From IMG/VR virus record IMGVR_UViG_3300023084_000010, positions 25,381-89,380 of that record: a stretch of DNA of 64,000 nt, one strand, 5' to 3'. This document shows positions 34,572 to 44,654 of this stretch, one piece after another (position 1 is the stretch's first letter; every line of letters starts with the position of its first letter). The stretch is from a virus. Made by a program: the position numbers and the translations under genes. Below the pieces are notes generated by a model. The model was not told the origin of the DNA. It worked only from the letters and a program-made list of their open reading frames with translations, and did not search any database.

Positions 34572-37500
34572 ATGCCTAGCCCTAAGGTGCATCCTAATCT
34601 CCAGGCCGGTGGAGATTTAGGTGAAACACTTTACAAAGTTGGTTCCGCACGCCGTCCTACAGCAGAACCAGACAACTTCGTTGGCGAAGTTGGCGACTTA
34701 TTTTACAGTATGCGAGATACAAAACTGCGTATCTCAGATGGATACACTGTGGGCGGTTGGTATATTATTCCCGACTTCGAAGCCGTAGATACTGATATTA
34801 TTCCAGGTGATGGAGTGACAATTAATATCGGTGGTCCTACTAACTACTTTGGCGACTTGTATGTTGACAATATTTTTGCAGGTGATTTAGTATTAGGTGG
34901 CGACTTAATTGTACAAGGTGATCAGGTTGTAAACAACTATGTTACTAATCAATTGTTTACAATTAACGAAGGATCAACTGGCGGTGGCGACGGTGCTGGT
35001 ATTGAAATTTACTTAACAGAAAATAACTATGCTACAATTACATACGATTTAAGTTCAGATACTTTTGTATTCAACAAAAACATCACAGTCAATACAGTAT
35101 ACGGAGATCAAGTCGGCGATATCTATGCAGATGATGGTACAAGTCAAGTACTTGAAAACGGAACAGATGGAACAGACGCTTGGTTTAAAGGTTATGTTTA
35201 TGGACAAGTAAGTGACATTAGTAATCACAGACTAGGTGAATTATTAGATGTAAATGTTCCTGATGTACAAGACGGGCAAGCATTAGTTTATGATGAAGAT
35301 CTAGACAGATGGGTACCAGGCAATCCTACAGCAGAAGTAGATTATAATCAGCCTGGTAATTATGCATTTAAAACAATTTTAGTAGACGGACAAAATAATG
35401 TCGTAGCAGATAGTAATGTTGATCAGCTTAGACTTATTGCTGGTAACAATATCACTATTACAACTGATGCTGCAACAGATGCAATTACTATTAGTAGCAC
35501 AGGTGGCGGTGGCTCAGCTGATTATGTAAATGATTTGCTAGACACAGATACAACTGGCATTCAAGACGGACAAGTGCTTGCCTATGATGCTGCAAACGAA
35601 GAATACGTTCCTGCTACTGTACTTACTACCGATAACTTTGATACACTGTTTGGTGCAAAAAGCATAGACGATTTAAGTGATGTTGATATTAGTACTGATC
35701 CAATTGAAGATGGAGAATTCTTAGCGTGGGATTCTGCTAGTGGACAGTTTGTTCCATCACAAGGTAATGTTACACTAATTTATAGAAACTTAATTGGTAT
35801 TACTAAAATTGGTGAATTAGAAGATGTTGATGATACAGGTGTTGCTAACGGACAAATGCTTGTATGGGATAGTGCATTAGAAACTTATATACCTAGTACA
35901 CCATTTACAACATCTGACTTTAATTCTTTATTTGGTGCTAAAAGTATTGACGATTTGGTAGATGCTGATATTACTACTAATCCAATTCAAGACGGAGAAG
36001 TGTTAACCTGGGATGCAGCAAATGGAGAATTTGTACCCGGACAAGGGTTTAACCAAACTAATTATAATTTATATTTTGAAACAAGTAGTATTGGCGATTT
36101 AGTTGACATCGACATTAACAACATTATCGAAGGGCAAACAATCGTTTGGGACAGTGTTACAAATCAGTTTATCACAGTGAACAATATTGACAGACTGTTA
36201 GACTTATTAGATGTTAATGCAGATAATATCTCAGACGGGCAAGTAATTGTATGGGATAATGCTAATAGTGAATTTGTTCCTGCTAATGTTGCTAGTCTTA
36301 TTTCACAATCAGAATTTAATACACTATTAGGTGCAAGCACACTAAGTGGATTAGATGATGTTGATACAACAACAACCACACCAAGTGACGGACAAATACT
36401 TGTATGGAATGGTACTAATCAATCTTGGGAGCCGGGCGATTTATCAAGTGGCGGTGGTGGGTCAACTACGCTTGCTGGCTTGGTTGATACTGATACTACT
36501 GGATTACAAGATGGCGATGCATTAGTTTATGACAGTTCGACAGGAGATTGGAAACCTGTTCCAATTGTAACTAACGGAATTAAATATACATATGATCCGA
36601 ATACAGGAAAGTATGTAGGCGATACGTTAATATTTGAAGGTAATGATATTCCTATTAGAAGTATTGAATATGACAACGAAGAAATTATTGTTAATCCGGC
36701 ATCATTTACGCCTATTGTTAGTTCAAGTGGACAAAGTTTATTATGGGATCAAGCAGCATCACAATTTACAGTAAGTGTTGATAACCCTGCAGATTTCCCT
36801 TCAAGTTATATTGCTTCTGTAGACAGCATTTCAAATGCAACAGGTGTATACACTACACTAGCAGACTATACAACAACAGGTCCGAGTACAACACCAGCAG
36901 GTGGAGTAGATTGGACACAAACATTTGAAACAAATTCAACAGCAACAATTTTATCAAACGGAACAGGTACAACAGGCGGTTCAGCAAGTGCTACAGTGAC
37001 ATTTGCAGATGATACAAGTGCTGCCTGGAGTGAAACACAACCGATTTATTTTAATTGGGGTAATGTCGGTGCAAGTATTACTGCTACTATTCCAAATGGA
37101 CAAACATTCTTAGGAAGTTATAGTACAGTTAATTATACAGTCAACGTAACTGGATTAAGTGATCCAAACAATGCAACCACAACACTTACACCAACAAACG
37201 GCACACTTTCAAATGCAAGTGGATCTGGTGTATTTACTCCGAGCAGTGCACTAATTGCTGGTACAGTTAATGGCGGTTCAATTGATTTAAGTACAACATT
37301 TACAAGACCTGTAGATGTAACAGGAACAAGTTATACAGTTACAGTTACAGATACAGTAACTATACCTGCTGGCAATTTCTCTTATCCTAGTTTTTACTTA
37401 TGGACAACAAGTAAGTATGTTGTACCTGTAGCAAGTGATATTGTAGATGGTACAGGATTTAAAACAGGTGTTACTGAATTAGGTGACGAAGCATATACAA

Positions 37501-37748
37501 TCGACACATATATCAATAATAGTGCAAGTGTTGCAAGAGCGTTTTGGTTAGGTATTAGATCAAGTGCTACACAGCCAACTACATTTAAAACAGGCTATGA
37601 TCCAACACTATTAAGTGATGTTGATGTTGAAACAGGAAATACAGTAGATTTAGAACCTACAAATCCACCGACAGGATATGTAGCAGAAGAATATACATTA
37701 TATGGTATTACACTACAACCTGGTAATACTTATGTGAGGATTAATTAA
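34572..37748 (+). CDS. Large virion structural/fibre protein
   Basis: GEVGDLFY...LRISDG.T.GG N-terminal anchor-like motif; many L.DL.DV...DGQ.L.WD....(F/W)VP repeats; Thr/Ser-rich C-terminal domain; late promoter at 34542. Confidence 0.75.
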   Translation: MPSPKVHPNLQAGGDLGETLYKVGSARRPTAEPDNFVGEVGDLFYSMRDTKLRISDGYTVGGWYIIPDFEAVDTDIIPGDGVTINIGGPTNYFGDLYVDNIFAGDLVLGGDLIVQGDQVVNNYVTNQLFTINEGSTGGGDGAGIEIYLTENNYATITYDLSSDTFVFNKNITVNTVYGDQVGDIYADDGTSQVLENGTDGTDAWFKGYVYGQVSDISNHRLGELLDVNVPDVQDGQALVYDEDLDRWVPGNPTAEVDYNQPGNYAFKTILVDGQNNVVADSNVDQLRLIAGNNITITTDAATDAITISSTGGGGSADYVNDLLDTDTTGIQDGQVLAYDAANEEYVPATVLTTDNFDTLFGAKSIDDLSDVDISTDPIEDGEFLAWDSASGQFVPSQGNVTLIYRNLIGITKIGELEDVDDTGVANGQMLVWDSALETYIPSTPFTTSDFNSLFGAKSIDDLVDADITTNPIQDGEVLTWDAANGEFVPGQGFNQTNYNLYFETSSIGDLVDIDINNIIEGQTIVWDSVTNQFITVNNIDRLLDLLDVNADNISDGQVIVWDNANSEFVPANVASLISQSEFNTLLGASTLSGLDDVDTTTTTPSDGQILVWNGTNQSWEPGDLSSGGGGSTTLAGLVDTDTTGLQDGDALVYDSSTGDWKPVPIVTNGIKYTYDPNTGKYVGDTLIFEGNDIPIRSIEYDNEEIIVNPASFTPIVSSSGQSLLWDQAASQFTVSVDNPADFPSSYIASVDSISNATGVYTTLADYTTTGPSTTPAGGVDWTQTFETNSTATILSNGTGTTGGSASATVTFADDTSAAWSETQPIYFNWGNVGASITATIPNGQTFLGSYSTVNYTVNVTGLSDPNNATTTLTPTNGTLSNASGSGVFTPSSALIAGTVNGGSIDLSTTFTRPVDVTGTSYTVTVTDTVTIPAGNFSYPSFYLWTTSKYVVPVASDIVDGTGFKTGVTELGDEAYTIDTYINNSASVARAFWLGIRSSATQPTTFKTGYDPTLLSDVDVETGNTVDLEPTNPPTGYVAEEYTLYGITLQPGNTYVRIN

Positions 37749-38398
37749 TGGCAGTTAACTATGATGGTTTAACCAGAAACAGATGGCCCGGTACGTGGTC
37801 TCCTGGCGGAGATCATCCAATTGTACTAAACTCTGAAATGCGTGGAGGTATACATTTTGTCGAAGGAGGTACCGTCGAAGAGTTAACAGACATTAAAGGA
37901 CAGCGATTAATCGAAGGTATGATTGCTTATGTCAAAACTTCTTACACAGGTGTCGATGGCGATACATTTTACATTTACAAATCACAATCTGGCGAATCGA
38001 GAGATCAAGCAACAGGTGCACTTCCTAACAATGCAGCTAATTGGACAAAGTTATCATATGAATTTGATGAGTATGAACAATTAACAGTTGACAACTTATA
38101 CTTAGATGGTAATACTATATCAACTACAAATACAGATGGAGATTTAATATTATCTCCAAATGGCGATGGTACAATTATTGTTCCTACTGGATATATGAAT
38201 CGTACTGGTATTACAGGCGATAGTCTTGTTACGAAAGAATATGTAGATAATTTAACATATGTAGGTGATGCTACTGCTATTTCTACACCTGTTGGTATTA
38301 CAAATACTGATAAAGGTATTGCAGCATTTGACAGTGATCAATTCGCAGTAACAGATGGCTGGGCTACAATCACTGAATTAGACGGTGGATCATACTAA
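37748..38398 (+). CDS. Virion structural protein
   Basis: TAATG coupling; LDGNTISTTNTDGDLILSPNGDG, VTKEYVD and C-terminal LDGGSY motifs typical of fibre proteins. Confidence 0.7.
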   Translation: MAVNYDGLTRNRWPGTWSPGGDHPIVLNSEMRGGIHFVEGGTVEELTDIKGQRLIEGMIAYVKTSYTGVDGDTFYIYKSQSGESRDQATGALPNNAANWTKLSYEFDEYEQLTVDNLYLDGNTISTTNTDGDLILSPNGDGTIIVPTGYMNRTGITGDSLVTKEYVDNLTYVGDATAISTPVGITNTDKGIAAFDSDQFAVTDGWATITELDGGSY

Positions 38399-38435
38399 TA
38401 AACGCAACATATAGTTAAAAAAGCATTGTATAAAC

Positions 38436-38469
38436 AAAAAGTCCTACTGCATTTAGTAGGACTTTTTTT
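38436..38469. terminator. Bidirectional Rho-independent terminator
   Basis: AAAAA-GTCCTACT-GCATTT-AGTAGGAC-TTTTTTT between convergent genes. Confidence 0.9.
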
Positions 38470-38491
38470 ATAACCATATTGTATACTAATA

Positions 38492-41400
38492 TTACTTGTC
38501 TATTAGTATCCAACCACGTGTTGAATTATAATATACTAATCCAAAACCTGCGCCGTTTGCATCAACAATTAAGTCACTGCTTGAACCGTTGATATTATCG
38601 CTTGATGTAATTGTAATGTTGTTAGTTGCAGCATTACCACTTCCGTCAATAATTCTAACTTCGTCGCCTAAACTTGGACTACTTGGCATTGTTACTGTAA
38701 CAGTTTGCGATGACGTATCGATAATCATTCTATCACCAACTGTTGCTGTTATTGTGCTACTTGTAACTTCTGCCCAAACAGGCTGTGCAGTAATACCTGC
38801 ATTTGCTAGATAGTTGCCAACTCTTGTATCTGTGTAATATAAGTTACTTGTACCTTCTGCTAGTGCATCTGTATCGTGATTGCTAATATCACTTACAGTA
38901 CCTGTGACATCACCTGTAACATCGCCTACAAGTGTTGCTTCTAAGTCTTTGTTTAGTACCCAGCGGTCATTTGCACTATCATATAAGATTGTAGCAAGTC
39001 CATCTGTACCGAGGTCAAGTGTAATACCTCCGCCATTTGAACTTGCTGCATTTGTACTACCATCACCTAAAACTAAGTTTAGGTCGTCTACACTTAATGT
39101 AGTACTGTTAATGGTTGTTGTAACACCATCAACTTGTAAGTTACCAGCAATAATAACTGTACCAGTGTTATCTCCGTGTCCTAGCGGATCAAGTGTAAAT
39201 GCAGCAGGACCTTTTAGTGTACCTGTCATTTGAATGTCTGATACGTTACCACTTGCTAAGTGTGTACTTACTCTGGCGTTTGTGTAGTAAAGATTTGTAG
39301 AGCCTTCTGTTAAATCATCTGTTGTTTTAGCACTAAAGTTTGAGTTAACACGTGCCTCTGTATAATATAAATTATTTGTGCCTTCTGTTAAATCATCTGT
39401 TGTTTTAATTGCCAAACGTGAATCAAAGTCTGTGTTGTGTCTTGATGTTGTATAATAAAGGTTTGTTGAGCCTTCTGTTAAATCGTCTGTTGTTTTTTGA
39501 TTAAATGCACTATCAAAATCACTTTGGCTAAATGGTGCATCAGGAATCCAAACACCGTTGTTTGCATCCCATACAAGTGCATCGCCGCCACTTGGTGTAT
39601 TACTTGCTGTATCAACATCTTGTAGTGCATTGATACTTGTGTTATTAATTCTTGTTGTTACACGTGCATCTGTATAATAAAGATTTGTTGTGCCTTCGCT
39701 TACTGCATTTGTTGTGAAACTGCCACTACCGCCTAAACTAATTGTTGTGCCATTTACTGTAAGTGAACTATTTGTTAAACTACTATTAGGAATGTTTGCC
39801 AGTGAAATAATACCAGTTGCACTATCATAGTATGCACCAGTTGAATTGTTTGCACTAATAAGTGTTCTAACACTTGCGTCACTTGGACCTGTATATGTTA
39901 ATACACCAGTTGCACTATCGTATGTTAACGATCCGCCGCCGCCTGTGTCAGTAACGCTAATTGATCCTCGTGCTCTTGCTTGTGTAAAGTATAAGTTAGT
40001 TGAACCTTCTGGAAGTGTATCTGTATCAACTTGTGTTAAATCTAAGTTAGCACCTGTTTGTAAGTTAACTCTTGCATCTGCACGTGCATCTGTATAATAA
40101 AGATTAGTTGTACCTTCTGCTAAGTCATCTGTTGTAAAGTTACTGATGTCACTAACTTGTCCAGTAACATTACCAGTAAATGTACCGTCAAATTCGTCTG
40201 CTTTAATAGTTGCAGCATCCCATGTGCTTGTACCTGCATTATAAACTTGTGCAGTCCAAACATCATCTACTTCATCCCATACAAAGCGAACGTTGTCACT
40301 TGTTCCACGTTCAATTTCAATACCGCCGTTTTGGCTTGGTGCACCAGTTTCATCACTATTAAGTAGGATAATACTATCACCAATATCAACTTGGTTTGAA
40401 TTAACTGTAGTTGTTGTACCGTTAACTGTTAAGTTACCCTGAACAATAATATCTGCTGCAGTAGTTACACTATTAAAGTCGACGTCTGCTGTAGTTCCAA
40501 CATCTTGTCCAATAGCAATAACACCTGTTCCACTGTCATATGTTACACCAGTGCCGCCGCTTAGTGCTGCTCTTGCTCTAGCATCTGTATAATAAAGATT
40601 AGTTGAACCTTCTGCTAAGTCATCAGTTGTACTACCTGCAAGTCCTGCTGTACTAATAACACCTGTTGCTGGATCATAACTTAAATCACCGCTAACACTA
40701 ATACTGTTTCTTGCTCTTGCTTGTGTAAAGTAAAGATTTGGATCAGTTGTTGTACTTGTGGTTGTACTTGCTGTTAAGCCTAAATCTGTGTTTGCTGTAC
40801 CTGCACCAATAACTAAATCTAATGCAGTACCATTGGGTGGTGAATATGTAATTACAAGCTGATCAGTGCCGTCCTTATCTGCAACGATACCTGCAATACT
40901 TGCACCATTAATACTTGCAACTGCATCGTCGATGTCACTTGTAAGTCCACCTTCTTGGTCAACAATATCAACTGTTGTTCCATTGATAATAACTTGTGTA
41001 TAAGTTGTGTTTGCAACTGTTGGCGCTGTTGCACCTGCTGTAAATCCAAAGTCAGTAGCAGTTTGGTTCGCACCAATTGTTAAATCATCATTTGCGTTTT
41101 GCGGTGCATATGTAAGTTCAATTTCATTTGTAATTGTTGAAGCTGCTAGTAAGTTTGGAATTGCTGCCGCTGTAATTTCATTAATAATATCAGCAAGCGG
41201 CAAGTTAGTAGTACTAAAGTTAATTGATGTACCATTAATAATTAATGGATCAGCTGTTGTATTAGTTGGGTTCTGTACTGTACCAGTTACTACTGTTTGA
41301 TTATATGTTTGTGCAGCAATTGTACTTGGTGCTTGCACTGTACCAGTAACAACAACATCTGAATATTCAGTTACGCCCTCGTCTAAATCATTTGTATCTT

Positions 41401-42031
41401 TTGTTGCTAGTCTGGTATCAAATAAACTATCAAAATCACTTGTTTGTACTGCACTACCTGCTGTACCACTGACTGCATCAATATTTGTTTGTAGTGTAGT
41501 ATCGGCGTCGATTCTATTATTTTTTTCTTCTAGGAATAAATCAGTTGCTTCAGCAATTGCAAAGTTTAAACTACTTAAAGAAGAACTAACAGCAAAATCT
41601 TCTGTTGCATATTCTAAGTCATCTAAGTAACTTTCAATTTTAATGTCTGAGTAATATGTATTTGTATCTAGCGGATCGTAGCCAGGATCATTTACTTCAA
41701 TGTAAGTTTCAGCGTCAAGTGATTCACTTGTTACAGTGGTTAAAAATGTTGTATCAGTTGCAGCGTCTACAATAATAATTGTAACAGTATAAGTGCCGCT
41801 ATCAGTATTTGGTGCACTTGCAAATGTTACGTTATTGTTTGTACTGTTTGAAACCACGCCAGAGGTTTGCAAAACTTCATTTACGTATACTTTTACTGTC
41901 GAGTTCGTGTCTATTGCTAGCACGTTGCCCGCAGCGTCAGCACCACTAAAAGTGATTTGGTTTAGTGCTGCAGTATATTCGTAAACACGCTTTTGTGTAC
42001 TTAACAACGAATAATCTAAATCTAAGGACAT
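38492..42031 (-). CDS. Tail-fibre-like protein with TDDLxEGxxNLYYT repeats
   Basis: About 9 TTDDL.EG..NLY(Y/F)T..R repeats; two GNL.V.G.TTT.NS modules; C-terminal DTS...T.T.P..P..GD.V.IID domain. Confidence 0.8.
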   Translation of the reverse strand: MSLDLDYSLLSTQKRVYEYTAALNQITFSGADAAGNVLAIDTNSTVKVYVNEVLQTSGVVSNSTNNNVTFASAPNTDSGTYTVTIIIVDAATDTTFLTTVTSESLDAETYIEVNDPGYDPLDTNTYYSDIKIESYLDDLEYATEDFAVSSSLSSLNFAIAEATDLFLEEKNNRIDADTTLQTNIDAVSGTAGSAVQTSDFDSLFDTRLATKDTNDLDEGVTEYSDVVVTGTVQAPSTIAAQTYNQTVVTGTVQNPTNTTADPLIINGTSINFSTTNLPLADIINEITAAAIPNLLAASTITNEIELTYAPQNANDDLTIGANQTATDFGFTAGATAPTVANTTYTQVIINGTTVDIVDQEGGLTSDIDDAVASINGASIAGIVADKDGTDQLVITYSPPNGTALDLVIGAGTANTDLGLTASTTTSTTTDPNLYFTQARARNSISVSGDLSYDPATGVISTAGLAGSTTDDLAEGSTNLYYTDARARAALSGGTGVTYDSGTGVIAIGQDVGTTADVDFNSVTTAADIIVQGNLTVNGTTTTVNSNQVDIGDSIILLNSDETGAPSQNGGIEIERGTSDNVRFVWDEVDDVWTAQVYNAGTSTWDAATIKADEFDGTFTGNVTGQVSDISNFTTDDLAEGTTNLYYTDARADARVNLQTGANLDLTQVDTDTLPEGSTNLYFTQARARGSISVTDTGGGGSLTYDSATGVLTYTGPSDASVRTLISANNSTGAYYDSATGIISLANIPNSSLTNSSLTVNGTTISLGGSGSFTTNAVSEGTTNLYYTDARVTTRINNTSINALQDVDTASNTPSGGDALVWDANNGVWIPDAPFSQSDFDSAFNQKTTDDLTEGSTNLYYTTSRHNTDFDSRLAIKTTDDLTEGTNNLYYTEARVNSNFSAKTTDDLTEGSTNLYYTNARVSTHLASGNVSDIQMTGTLKGPAAFTLDPLGHGDNTGTVIIAGNLQVDGVTTTINSTTLSVDDLNLVLGDGSTNAASSNGGGITLDLGTDGLATILYDSANDRWVLNKDLEATLVGDVTGDVTGTVSDISNHDTDALAEGTSNLYYTDTRVGNYLANAGITAQPVWAEVTSSTITATVGDRMIIDTSSQTVTVTMPSSPSLGDEVRIIDGSGNAATNNITITSSDNINGSSSDLIVDANGAGFGLVYYNSTRGWILIDK

Positions 42032-42119
42032 AATTTAAATCTTTCTATCTTATTAATTATATTTATCCAAATCAAACTTTTAGAGTTAGACTGGTACACT
42101 CGGCGTTATAGTATTTATT

Positions 42120-44651
42120 TTATCCATCTAGTGATGCTGTCGGTGGTGTGAAGTTAGCGGTGTATCTAGCAAGACCTTTTGTAATTCTGAAATCTTCTAC
42201 ATGCCCGACTATACCTGAATTACTATAAGTTGCAGACAATATATAACCTGTTGTTGCAGTTATATCTTCAGGCGTTGCTCTTGTACCTTCCAACTGGCCG
42301 TCTAACCAAATTTTACAAACACCACTTTCTCTTGTTACTGCTATATGATACCACTGATTAGATGCAATCGTTGTGGTGTTATCTACATAGGTATTGCTAC
42401 TGCCAAATCTAATTACAGGATTGGGATTATGTAAATTTAAAATAAGTCCTGAACTTTGTGTGTGATCACCCAGTTGAAAGAAGCAACCGTCCCAAGAACC
42501 GTTGGTCATCCATCTTAACCACCCTTCAATTGTAAAATCGTCAGTGCCTAATCCTTCTGGTAAAGTAAATGATATTCCACCGTTTGGATTAGTATTTGTA
42601 TTATAAAATGAAGTTCCGGCGTATTTAGGACCAACGCCTCCATAAGAACCGTCATCTGCATAACCATTATTAATAACAAAAGTAGATGACTGCGATTTAT
42701 CTATTATAGGTGCGCCAATGCCTTTTACATGTAGTGTAGCATTAGTCGAACTCAATGGTTCTGACGGTGGCGTAAATTCAGAAGTATATACTGCTGAATC
42801 TGTAACTCTAAAATCTGAAATAAGTCCATTCCATGTATAAATTCCATTGGTGTATGCGCCGCCAATAACAATATAAGACGAATCATTATCATATGTATCA
42901 GATTGACTATGTATTTGCTTTCCGTTAATATAAATGTAAGATGTTCCAGAATTTCTAACATATGCTGTATGATACCATGTATCAGGACTTGCAGCGAAAC
43001 CACCTGTATTTACTGTAGCATATCCACCGCCATATATTGCCCACTGTTCAGGTGTATTTTGGTTATTCCACCAAAGTGCTATTGTTTGCGCTATACTTGT
43101 AGAAAATCCGCCAGAAGTTGGAGAAATTTGCCAAATACCTTCGTAGTCTGTTGTGCCAGCAATAATAGAAGAATCTAATGTTACCCAACATTCGACTGTA
43201 AAATCTCCTGTTCCGAAAGCTGTATTTGGAGAGCCTTGTAAATATTGGCTGCCGTTGAATCGCATACTGCCACCGTGCAGTGCAGGATCATAATCGTCTT
43301 TCTCCCACAGTGTAAATGGAGATGTGTTCGGACTTCCGCTAGGTATGATTGAATGATTATTTGTGGAACTATCTCCCCAATACGGCAATTGGCAAGCAAG
43401 TAGTTCTGTTCCGGTTATTGCAGTAAGAGGCTCAATAGGTGGTGTAAATGCTGTTGTATAAACTGCAGTGCCTTTAACTATACGTAAGTCTGTTATATAT
43501 CCGCTAGCATAGTTTGGAGTAACTCTGTAACCAATTGTATTATCGGATGATAGATTAAAATTATATCCATCCCATACACCAGAATTAGCTTGTTCAACAC
43601 CATTGACATAAATGTAACAAGTACCGTTATAACGAGTAAATGCTATATGAGTCCATTCATTGGCAAGTACTTGTCCTGCTGAAGTTAAAAATCCCGGGCC
43701 GCCAGAGTGTTGATAAAATTGTACACTTCCGTCTGTTCCTACTCCCATGAAATAGTAGTTACTAGTAGCACTAGACTGTATAGGAGAATTTTGCCAAATA
43801 CCAAAGAAATCGCTGTGATCTGTATATATCCATGCTTCTACAGTAAAATCTCCTGTTTCAAATTGTAAACCTGTTGCTGCTGGTACTGTAAGTGCTGCGT
43901 CTGTTCCGTTAAAATGTGCACTATATCCACCCGAACGATACGGGCTGTATGTTTGAAATTGTACGTTTGTATTAGTAAGAGAAGAACTACTAGGTGAAGA
44001 GTCTATTGCACCAGACAACGTATTATTACCAGTTGTACCATTTGTAGTAATAAGTGCAATTACTGATTCTGATCCGTCTATTGTTGTAGCAAATGCTAAT
44101 GTAAATGTATTAACATCATTTACAATATTTGTTCCATCTGTTACACTAAATGTTATTTCAAAAGTTCCTGCATCGTCGGGATCAGTTGTTCCAGGTGTAA
44201 TAGTAAACACATTGTCTGCTTGGCTTACGGTTGCTGTAGTACCTAGTGCTCCACTAGTTACTGTATAACTCCAAGTAAGTGGTACTTCTTCTGGGTCAGT
44301 TGCTGTTAGTGTAATTACAGTAGGTGTTCCATCTGTTGCTAGTACATAACTGCCAGTGCCGCCATTTGTAATAGTTGGGCTTGTATTGATAAGTGCAATA
44401 TTAAACCAGCCATTGTCATTTGACAAATATAGTCTATCAGTTTCTTCAACAAATGCCATGTCGCCATTTGTATTATTTGTTAATGGAAGTTCAGCAACTG
44501 TTGCGTATGTAGTAACTCCTCCGCCTCCACTACTACCGCCTGCAGAAACATTTAATCTCCAAACACCATATGTTGCATTATAAACATATGATAATCCGTT
44601 TGCTGTAAATGTTTGTCCGTTGGTTGGGCTTGTTGGAAAAGTTACTGCCAT
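42120..44651 (-). CDS. Receptor-binding/fibre protein with cadherin-like and LamG/ConA-like domains
   Basis: MAVTFPTSPTNG N-module; LATDGTPTVITLTATDPE Ig-like module; three GDFT(V/I)E.W...W.H.A...R.T.G.A.YT..FTPP domains. Confidence 0.8.
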   Translation of the reverse strand: MAVTFPTSPTNGQTFTANGLSYVYNATYGVWRLNVSAGGSSGGGGVTTYATVAELPLTNNTNGDMAFVEETDRLYLSNDNGWFNIALINTSPTITNGGTGSYVLATDGTPTVITLTATDPEEVPLTWSYTVTSGALGTTATVSQADNVFTITPGTTDPDDAGTFEITFSVTDGTNIVNDVNTFTLAFATTIDGSESVIALITTNGTTGNNTLSGAIDSSPSSSSLTNTNVQFQTYSPYRSGGYSAHFNGTDAALTVPAATGLQFETGDFTVEAWIYTDHSDFFGIWQNSPIQSSATSNYYFMGVGTDGSVQFYQHSGGPGFLTSAGQVLANEWTHIAFTRYNGTCYIYVNGVEQANSGVWDGYNFNLSSDNTIGYRVTPNYASGYITDLRIVKGTAVYTTAFTPPIEPLTAITGTELLACQLPYWGDSSTNNHSIIPSGSPNTSPFTLWEKDDYDPALHGGSMRFNGSQYLQGSPNTAFGTGDFTVECWVTLDSSIIAGTTDYEGIWQISPTSGGFSTSIAQTIALWWNNQNTPEQWAIYGGGYATVNTGGFAASPDTWYHTAYVRNSGTSYIYINGKQIHSQSDTYDNDSSYIVIGGAYTNGIYTWNGLISDFRVTDSAVYTSEFTPPSEPLSSTNATLHVKGIGAPIIDKSQSSTFVINNGYADDGSYGGVGPKYAGTSFYNTNTNPNGGISFTLPEGLGTDDFTIEGWLRWMTNGSWDGCFFQLGDHTQSSGLILNLHNPNPVIRFGSSNTYVDNTTTIASNQWYHIAVTRESGVCKIWLDGQLEGTRATPEDITATTGYILSATYSNSGIVGHVEDFRITKGLARYTANFTPPTASLDG

Positions 44652-44654
44652 TTG

